Below, piece by piece: positions 40,375 to 51,432 of a DNA stretch of 64,000 nucleotides (within the stretch, counting starts at the first letter, position 1; each line of letters begins with the position of its first letter). Source of the DNA: Convolutriloba macropyga. Lineage: Eukaryota. The notes under the pieces were generated by a model. It did not search any database and was not told where the DNA came from. It saw only the letters and a program-made list of their open reading frames with translations. The position numbers and the translations under genes are program-made. Where the stretch lies: NCBI RefSeq assembly GCF_964194025.1, contig NC_134480.1:4898001-4962000 (forward strand). Direction: 5' to 3'.

Positions 40375-43002
40375 CTAAAAAAAACTTTAAAAATATTTTT
40401 TTCTTTAAAAATATTTTAACGTTTTTTTTCAACATTATGTAGGATATCACAATATCATTTCAAAATATAATAGTTTTTCTTAAGTATATATTTACTTAAA
40501 ACTTTGTTCACGGTTCTATTATTTCGTACGAAAAAAATTCTTACATTACAACAAACTGCTAAGCATTTTGTATTTGATCTACTTAATTTACAACAATTTA
40601 ACCTCAAAATAACCTCAAAATATTAAATTTGTGGGTCTTTCCCATTATAGCCCCCTTTTTGGTATATATTTACCATGATTTGGGGGGGGGGGGGGGGCTA
40701 TAGGTTATCTGACCACTAGGCTGGGGGAGGGCTGGGCTATAATGGCAAAGACCCAAATTTGTTTCTTTTAATTAGAAATAAACAAACCTTGAAACGCGAA
40801 TCTTTCTCTGCGTCTGTTCTGTGTACAATTTACGTCGATTCTCCGCAAACTGCGTCAAGTCCGAATTCTTCCGGATCCCGAGCCCAAACACAGAGTACTT
40901 CATCGCTGGCTCAGTCTTCGTGAAATAACTCCCCAGGCCCAGCCCGCTCGAAGACCGGACAACTAAATGGCACTTAACCTCAAATTCGAGATGTTTGAAA
41001 TAGCTTTCAAGTTGCAGTTCTATTTGTATCTGTATCTCGATGACGTCACTGGACTTGGTGATTTTGTTCAGCCAATCAGATTCGTGTAAAGTGGAGTCCC
41101 AGGAACATTCTAGTTCGTACATTGGTTGAACTAGGAAATCCTGAAAAATATAAACAATAATATCCATTATTGTGTTTAGTAGATTGAACAAATTTTGGTA
41201 TTATTGGTTTATTCAAATTAGCTATATGTACTGTTTTATGTACTGTTTATGTGAAGAAATTTTCCCCGTTTTTCCACTTATAATGCTTGGAGTACCCTAG
41301 TAAGACTTAGAGCCATCGATTACTTATATATAAAACTTCGCAAAATTATAAAAATGTCAATTATAAAGCGTAATGTTCTACTCTGGGGTTGTGTTTGAAG
41401 ATTATTAGTGATTTATAAAACTGTAACAATTGACCTTTTAAATCAAATTTTGATGAAAGCTGTCATGAAATCTAATTTTATATATAATGTTTTTTCTTCA
41501 GGCTTTGACCTTCAAAAAGTGTGAGGATAGCTTTAATTTAAAGAAAAACTAACGTGCGTTTGAAATGTATTTTGCTAATATTGTTCACAATTACCTGGCT
41601 GTATCGCTGTTTGATCACAATCAAATCAACGCTGTCATTTGCTTCCTCCTCCCCCTGCTCTTTCATTTCACCCTCCGCACCACCCCCTCCCATAACAGCT
41701 CCTCCGCCTCCACCACTCCTGGATCCGGACCCTGTTCCCTCTTCGCTCGGAGTGGTCTCTGTACCCTGGTGGTGTTCCGCAAGGTTTACTGCACCCTTCT
41801 GATGGTGTTCCGCATGGTTAGATCCGCTATCGAGTTGCAAACTCAATTGAGGCAGCAACCAGCTTCGTCTTTTCATTGTTTTGCTGTTTACGTCAATACT
41901 GTTTACGTTTTCTTTGTTTACGTCTGTTTTCTCCGGTTCAGGTTGAGCTTGCGTTTGTTGTTGTTGTTGCTGTTGTTGGGTTTTTCGCAGTCGTGGTTGT
42001 TGTTGTGAAATGTTTCCGACAGCAACCCGAGTCACGTGACCAATAGTGACCATCTTTTCGTTTGGGTGAACAATTCGAACTCGAATCCGTCGTTGCATAC
42101 CTAAAACAAAATGCACATAAAACAACCCGAAAACTATAACATTAACTTACCAATATACCCAGGTTGAGGTACCATACGGAAGTGACCTCTGATAAGACAC
42201 TCACAGACCAAAGTGTCCACTGATCAGACTGAAGTGCACTCGAAACACCGTGTGCGCTTGGAGTGCGCTCGAAGTTTTCTCTGATCAGACCTTGCCAGAC
42301 GGAAATGACTTCTGATCAGACCAAAAACTGACCATTATGGAGACGATTGTGCGACCATGACCCAGACCAAACTCATACCATTGCCCAGACGATTGTAAGC
42401 TCAAAATTATTTGTGATCAAACTATCTTGAGCTCAAAAGTCACTCCTGATCCGACTATTGTGTGCTCTGTCAGATTCTGATCAGACTCAATTGCGCTCGA
42501 AATAGTCTGATCAGTGAACGGTTTTCACTCTAAACGAATCTCTTTAATTCTGTTATAAAATATTCATTTCGAAAAAATTGATGTTTGTATTATTAATTTC
42601 ATCGCTCAGTAAAAAATTACAGCAGATCGAATTAAATGCGCTTGATATGGTGTCTGATCAGACCCAATTGCGCTCAAAATCTTCCCTGATCAGAATAATG
42701 TGCGCTTGAATCCACCTCTGATCAGACCAAACCAGTCGGAAATGACCTGTGATCAGACCATCCCCAGACCGAAAGTTCATACTATTGTGCGCTCGAACCA
42801 AATCCCAAACCCTTTAATTTTGGTCTGGAAACACACGGTGTGGGTTTGGCTTGGGAATGATCAGAGGTCACTTCCGTCTGGCACCTCAACCTGGGCATAG
42901 CCAATTATAACACTTAACCCTTAAAATAAACAGTAAGTTGTAAAACAAGGAGCTTTTTCAAACTAATGAATGTAGATGGAAAACAAATGTCAGTTTTAAA
43001 GC

Positions 43003-43090
<88 letters not shown>

Positions 43091-46000
43091 CTTAAAAACT
43101 GCAACTAAATAAATTAATCAACTTAATAAATTAAGTGTTTTAATGATAACAGATTAAGAGCAAATCGCTTAAATAATTTTGTTGTTTCCAATTTTGAAAC
43201 AAACCTATTATTTTGTGCACGCATAAAAAATATTCCGAGCGGGGTAACATTAAATACCAGACAAAAATACTAAAAAGCAAAACTTTGAATTATTTAAGTA
43301 AATTTATTTAAAAGCTGGCCAATATATTCATCTTAAAAGCAGTTTGGGTCGATGAGATTCCAGTATTTCATTTTTTACTCAACAGTATTTGAAAAAAAAG
43401 TAATTTTTTTTCGACTTGTCTCTTGTTCTTAACTTTTACCGAAGCCGCGTAGAAATTAACGGAATTTCAGAAATTAACGGATTTTAGAAATTAACGGAAT
43501 TCTGAACCTAACGGAATTCCTAAATTAACGGAATTCTGACCTTGGTGAAGCTGGAACGCGTCTGGAATATTCTTTTTCTTTTCAAACACCACTGGGCTGA
43601 AACTCCCACTGTTGTTCAGTTCCAAAATCTCTGTCAGCACCAAAATCTCCCCTTCAAAAATTCCCCCCTTACTCGAAAGATACGATTTCCTTCGTTTCAA
43701 CACCCCGTTTTTGTTCACAAAACTCGGGCTTACAATACTCAACAACCGCTGTTGGCGACCCAAATTCTGATTATGCAGTGGGTGTTCGTTAAAATGACCG
43801 AAAACTTCGAAAATAACTGGTCGGCTTGCCATTAATTTTCGGTTCTCACCATTATCCTCAATCGTGACATTTTCGACGTGGAAAAAGCCTAAAGGCGGGC
43901 CATTCCCATTCATGGGTTCATTTTTGATTGGGTCAGTTGAGAAAAGGGTGTCTGAGAGTCCTGGTACTGAAAACTGGCAAAAAATGTCAGTAAATTTTGC
44001 AGAAATGTCCATGGCTTCTAAGATCGTGATTCTAAACGTGACGGCGGTTGTAGTAATTGTGTTATTCGTGGTAGTCGGGGTTACGGCTGCGGAGTTTTGA
44101 TTGGACGATGGAGAGTCGAGACTGTTTGTTTCCATATTTGGAACGTTTTGAGTTGCCACGCGGATATAACCTAAAAACACCTTTTATATAATTGGTCACA
44201 ACACAAACTAAAACAAACCACACACGTTACTTCTAAAACCGTTTCTCTTACTTCTTTATTTTCGAACTAAACGTTTTAGCAATAAGTTGACGGAGAACAA
44301 GATTTTGTTAACCCAAGAGGAATTTTTTAGGAAAAAAAAACAAAAAAAACGTATATTTTTCCATAAAAGAGACAAAGAATTTTTTTAGTATGATCGATCT
44401 TGCAATAATTAGTGAGAGCAATATATGATCTTTCTACGGTTTCTAAAATTCATAAATCCAATTTTTTTAATAATTAGTCTATTTTCTTTAAAGCTGGTGA
44501 TGCAATCGCGTCACCAATAGAAAGCTAAGTAACTCTGTTATACGTTAGTTTAGCAAATAGAATTGTAGTAGTGTGGCGAATACACTATTCCAAAATTATA
44601 TTCCAAAATTATACGGAACTTAGTGAGCGTAGCTAAATTTACTTAGTGGAATTGCGGAGCAAATCCAAGTTAGAATTTGGCGAGCGCAAAGTAGAAACAA
44701 TTACTGAGCAACTTGAATTCAGATTGATAAACGAGATTATGATTACTTATAAAAAAATATTATGAACAAAGTATGAAATAATTTAGTAGACTAGCGGGAA
44801 TATATTTATACGTGAATACTAAAAAGTCAAAACCTTAGTTATGATATATTTATGATTTCTATATAAAATAGAGGGTAGATTGATAATTAAGTATACATAC
44901 AAATTTCGATATATATATATATATATATATATAGATAGGTATCATATGTATCACATTTCCCCCGTGACAAAAATTGGAATTCATTTACAATTTTAAAATC
45001 AAACAACACCAAGAAGTAAGGAGTTAACAGAACTCAAAATAAGTTGGAGATACGTTGCAAATGCTCAATTTAACCGATAATAAGAATGAACTTGTATATG
45101 CAAAGCATATGTAAGAATTAGTGAACTGAGAAATAAGAATGACCATTACAGCACATTGAATTGGAAAATTCCAATAAAGTTGAATTTGCAGGGCAAATAC
45201 AATGGGAAAAAGAAATATGTAAAAGGGCAAGTTGAGAAACATAAAGTAAATTGCACATACGAATATGAGTGGATTCGCAGAGCGAGTACATGAATTAAAT
45301 TAACATTGAAAGAGAACAACAAATTGAATAAATGAAATTGAAAATTGTAATTACAGAGTAAAAACATAATTGAATAACGAAATTGTAGTTTATTTCAGTT
45401 CTCAAAATTTGAGTGTTTTCATTATATTTCATTTTCTGCATCTCAAACCGACATTTCCCGTTCTTGCTCATACTCAAAACATCTAATTCTGGGGTCCGAT
45501 GGTGAAACTTGCCCCAAGTGTAAGTCAGGTCGAGGTGGTGACGGGATTCTTGATTGTTTGGCGTTTTGGATAAGGGCTACTACCAAATCTTTTTGTTTTG
45601 AAGCTTTCTTGTCTTTTTTATTTTTTCGCTTCTTTGGTTTAGCTGAACTTGATGAGGCCAGGGAACTTGTTGGGGAAATATCCGCATCAGTGAATCCATA
45701 AAATTGGGGTCGGTTGCGCTTGCGGGCTTTTGTTTGATCGTCCTGTGCGGGGGGTATATGCGGTGATTGTGAGGCTTGTGATGCAGGTACAGGTGGAACC
45801 GGTACAATTGAAATTAATGGTTGGTCTGGAGCTGGCACATCTTCGTGAAAATCATCTGCGATAACATTATGGCGTCTTTTGTGCTGCGGTTTTGTCGGTT
45901 TGCGTACCATCAGTGAACGCGATACGTTTGAGTTTATAGATGATACTACCGATGTAGTATCCCGTTGACGGTGTCTGATTTTTATTTCGCCCCTCTTTTG

Positions 46001-47180
46001 TTTCTAAAGATCATTGCTGTGTTTTGCGATCTTAAATTCCGTTGTTTTCTCGTAAGGAGCAGGGCCTCGTTGAGCGTATACCCACAAATTGGTGGATCTT
46101 TCAGCTTTTGTCCCAAATTTTGCAAGATCATTATCTCGAACCTTTACTGGGGATCTGCCAGGCTCGTTGATGATTGTTGTTGTTGGTGACGACTTCGTAA
46201 CAAAAGATCCAGGCTTAAGTACTTCGTACAGACCCGCCAACTGTCTTTTTGCTCGTTTTTTATTTGGTAGTTTTCGTGCCAGTTTGACTTTAAGGGACTG
46301 CTCCGTTCTCGGTATAGGATCCGTAATCTGCGGATGTGTAATGAAACGAGACTCTTTGTTGTCTGATTCCCGGTAGCGCTGACCTGCATCTAAAGAGGCC
46401 TGACACATCTTCTGTTCAATTGCGATATCGCTTATGTTAGCACTGATCCATCCAGCTTCATCCAGCAAGTCCTCCACAGAAACCGTTTCAGCATCTAAAT
46501 AGTGATTAACAATTTTTCATAAGTTAGATTTAAACTTGATGGAAGTGTGCTAATATTCCTTAAAGGAGTATTTGCGGGACGGCCGAAATGAGCTTCAAAA
46601 GGTGTTATCTTCGTTGTTTTCTGTTTAGTTAATCGTAAATCAGAGACTATTTGTTTAATCGCTTTAGATGTTGAAAATGTATCTTTATTTTCGGCTTTCA
46701 TGCAGGATAAACGTCTTTTAATTGTTTGGATCATTCGTTCCACCAATCCAATAGCTCTATGATCACCGACCGGAGCGTCGAGAATGTTGATATTATTTTC
46801 GTTACAGTAGTTTGTAACTTGTTTACCTACAAGACAAGTTGCTTGGTCTAAGCGTATTGTTCGCTGGATTTCATGAGTATATGCATAATCACGAAGAAAT
46901 TTTACTACATTTACCCCATTAGCCTTGTCGAATATTCTAACTGTTGGATATTTGGAATAACGGTCAATACATGCTAAGAAATAAATATCTTTATCTTTAT
47001 CATTAATTATCCGACCCCCAAAATCAATCTGTTTTTCTTCGTTTGGTTCTTGACAAGCTTTGTGTGGGTGCCATTTAGACTTTGGTATGATAGGTTTCAA
47101 ATTCTTACCAATATCTGTACATGGGACGCAATCGGATGTTTTTGCTAAAATTTCCCTATGCATGTAGGGCCACCATGCAT

Positions 47181-47219
<39 letters not shown>

Positions 47220-50200
47220 ATCCCCCAACTACCAGGGTGCGTCATGTGGATGGATTCGAGCACCGCCTCCGTAACAAAATTTGGAATGGCCACGCGTTGA
47301 TCAACACACAGACACCCAGATTTTACATGTAGATCCTTCCAAAAGGAATGGATGTACGTGCTCACTTCTTTACAAAGGGCCTCATCATCCTGTAGAACAC
47401 AGTCGCGGATCTCTTTCAACACCGCGTTCTTACTAGTGAGGACCGCCAGAAAAGATTTGGTGAAGAGCTGGTTGAGGTTATTTTCAAATATCTCTTCCCG
47501 GGATAGCTCGATGTCATATTCCTCGGGTGATGATGATGCTTGGGCGTTGCTGGGTCCGGCTCTTGTAGAGGAGATGGGAGTAGATTGAGTGCGAAATGTC
47601 ACTCTCGGGGTTTGTGGTGAGGTGGGTGGATTATTTTGTGGTGCCTCTTTTGCTGACATTTTGATGTGGAGTATTTGCTGTGTAGAATTAGCTATTAAAT
47701 GGCAATTAGAATTTTGCGACTGGATTCGCGATGCGAGTGTAGTGTCAGATTTAGGCAAGTGATTTGCGTGGCAATTAAAGCGAGAAATGAATTTTCGATT
47801 GTAATTATTTGCTTGAGCTCGAATAGTGAATGAGTTATTTGAGGCATTTGAATTATGCGTGCTACATTTAACAGATTTGCAAGAGTGGACGCGCGTCTTG
47901 TGCACTTGTGATTTGTATTTATTGTTTATGTGCCGCTTATGGAAAGGAATTTTATTCGAGTGACTAAATAAAGATGTAATTGCGTCGCGAATACGGGAAA
48001 TTGTAGCTACCATAAATTCCTCATCATATTGAGTGACGCTTTTTGCTTTTTGATTTGGTTGGCGTGAAATATAATCAACTAAACCCATTCTAGTGCCAGG
48101 AATATGTTCGATTTTAAAATCGAAAGGTAACAGGCGATCGATCCATCGGGTTAATCTACTATTATAAGATTTATTTGAACGATGAGATTTTAAGACTGAA
48201 AGAAGTGCTCTGTGGTCTGTCAATACAGTAAAATTCTTCCCAAAAAGATAGTATTTAAAATATTCAATAGCCCAAACCACCCCAAGTAATTCCAGTTCAT
48301 TAATACTATAACATTCTTCATTGCTATTAAGGAATCGGGACGCAAAAGCTACCGTTTTCCACCCTTCACAACCCAATTGCTCAAGTGCGGCGCCTAAACC
48401 TTGACGGGATGCGTCGCATTTGATTCGCGTTTCCAGTGTCGGGTTAAAATGAGTGTTTTCAGTAGCATTCGCAATAACGGTTTTTATATGCTCGAAATGC
48501 GTTTGATGATTTACATTCCAATTAAATTTTTCGTTTTTCTTTAATAATGGCCGAAGAGGATGACATATTTTTGCAAGATTAGGAATAAACTTACTTAGGT
48601 GATGGACACTACCCAAAAATGATCGTAATTGTTTCAGTGTTTTTGGAGCTTTGATTTCCGCAATTGCTGCTGTTTTAGATTCTATAGGTTTGACACCGCT
48701 TTGTGAAAATGTGAAACCAAGCCAATTTATCTGATGTTTAGCAAAGTGACATTTGCTTAAGTTAATTCGGAGATTATCAGCCTCAAGTTTTCTCAAACAA
48801 TCGTAAATGTAATTGAGGTGCGATTCCTTACTACCTTTGCTAATTACAATTATGTCGTCAAGAAAGCAATATGTGTTAGACAAACCAACTAATCTGTAAT
48901 CCACCGCCTTTTGAAACTCGGCTGGCATATCTGTAAGGCCATAAAATCCTGTTTTGAAACGATACGTACCTGTTGCGTCACCACAAATGATATTGAAATT
49001 GCAATGACGTGCGGTATCTGGATGCAAGTTTAGTTGACTATATGCGTACTTTAAGTCGATTGTTGAAAAATAAACGTTTTCGCCCTGATTAGAATCGTTA
49101 ATGTGCTGTGAAATTGAATCGATAAGACTGTCTATGTTTGGCATTTGGTATTTATTTTTATGTATTGATTTGTTTAAGATTTTTGAATCGAGAGCTAACT
49201 TTACAGATTTGTCCTTGTGGACTGTAATTACGATAGGGGAAATAAAATTTTTATCAGAACATTCTTGTAACTTTTCAATATGTCCTCGTTGAGAGAGTTT
49301 TTTCAATTCGTTTGATACTCTGTCCAACAGATTTATAGGAACGCGACGGCCTTTTTGGTGCAATGGAGTGTAATTTTTATGGAATTTTGAACGAACAATA
49401 TGTATTTTGGACTTACCGATTCTGGAGATTAAATCAAGAAAATCAGTTGCAATTTGTGTCTTGATTGGACAGTATTCTTGTTCTACCTGATTGATTGTCG
49501 TTTGATTATCTGACTGTTGAATTGAGAGTCCAAGTACAGAAAACAAATCTCTACCTAACAGTGGGCGGTGGCCATCCGTCACGACTTGAATTTCTATTGG
49601 ATTCGCGTACCAATTGTTACTTTGAATTGAAGTTTGAAGAGTGCCTAGCGTATGAATAGGTTCGTTGGAGAAAGTTTTCAATTGTTTAGGATTTGCCTCG
49701 CGTATCCACTTTGAATTTGGATCTTGGGAAACAATTGAAGTTGCCAATGATTCATTTAATATTGTGCACACGCTGCCCGAATCCACCAAAACATTTGTTG
49801 CTGTATTTCCGATCGTTACGGGGTGATTGAGTGCCTCCATTGAAGTTGTGAATTCCGTCGAAGATACTGTAGCCACGCAATTATCTTCATCCGATGAATA
49901 ATTCGATTCCAAATCAGGATCAAAATCAATCAAAATTTGTTTAACGTCTTCAGCTTGGTAGTCTTTTTCGACATTATTAACTCGTGGCCTGGGTTTTGGG
50001 TACGAAGTAGGGTTTTTTGGTTTCCGACAGACTTTTGCGAAATGATTATCAATACCGCAATTATTGCATTTCTTTCCTCTAGCAGGACATCTATTGCGGT
50101 GCTCAGGAGTCCAGTTCATTCCACAGAAATGACAAGTTGTGGGCTTTTTCCGTGCCGTAGTGTTCATGGTAGAAAAGGGAGTAGCATTTGCGATGCGCAT

Positions 50201-51342
50201 CCGCTGCACTTGATTGACGGTTGAATTGAGTTCATTTTTCTTTGCATTCATTTTGAGCTGGTTGAGAGTACCCATTTCGATATTAATAGCTATTGCCAAT
50301 GCTTTGTCAGGTTCTACCGTTTCTTTTAAGAGCTCTTTTTGGATATCTTTATTCTGCATATTTGCGATGAAAACATCTCGAATGATCGTATCCCCTTTTT
50401 CTCCTAAATCGCAATTTTCCGAAAGTTCTTTGAGATGACCATAAAATTTTTCAATTGGCTCTCCTTTTTGCTGTTTTCGTGTAAGGAAGAGATATCGATC
50501 GAAAGTGATGTTGTGAATTCGGATGAAAGTTGTATTCAAGACATCCCAAAGATTTTTTGTTGAGATTTCATCCAGAACAACAGTCGAGTTTTTTAATTGA
50601 ATCTTCTCCGCCCTTCTGTTCCCAGACTCAAGTACATCAATGACGATGCTTTTCGATCGCAGAGTTTCCATGGTTTGTCTCCGCATAATATGCCTACCGC
50701 TATAATGCGTTGACAATTATTTTTCCATGCTGTTTTTGCCTGTTCATTACGGGTGCGTCGATCTCGCTCTGATTGTGATGTCGAATTTTCAACTGCGTCC
50801 TCGTATGCGGGTTCAAGAGGTAGAATTACGTTTTCGGGGGGATCAGCTAATAGTAGATCCACTTCAATTCCTTCACGGGCAAGGATTGCAAGTTTAAGCT
50901 GTGTCCTCCAATGTTCCCATTGCAGTGGAGGTTCAAGAGTTGCCTTTTCCCAGAAAGGCTGAATTCCGAGTGGAGATTTGCCACTGTCCTTTAATGCTGA
51001 CTGCGCCATGTTATACGTTAGTTTAGCAAATAGAATTGTAGTAGTGTGGCGAATACACTATTCCAAAATTATATTGGAATCGTGAAGCGAATACGGAATT
51101 TAGTGAGCGTAGCTAAATTTACTTAGTGGAATTGCGGAGCAAATCCAAGTTAGACTTTGGCGAGCGCAAAGTAGAAACGTTTACTGAGCAACTTGAATTC
51201 AGATTGATAAACGAGATAAACAAGTAGACTAGCGGGAATATATTTATACGTGAATACTAAAAAGTCATAACCTTAGTTATGATATATTTCTATATAATAT
51301 AGAGGGTAGATTGATAATTAATTATACATACAAATTTCGATA

Positions 51343-51432
<90 letters not shown>

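Noticed and set aside
45443-45910. Separate env-like third ORF
   Set aside because: No signal peptide or transmembrane segment, and it is in frame with the integrase tail across a single stop.
50590-50600. Programmed ribosomal frameshift between gag and pol
   Set aside because: The break lies inside gag and is explained by a 1-bp deletion (AAT T[C]A AAA AAC). Gag and pol are otherwise in one frame.
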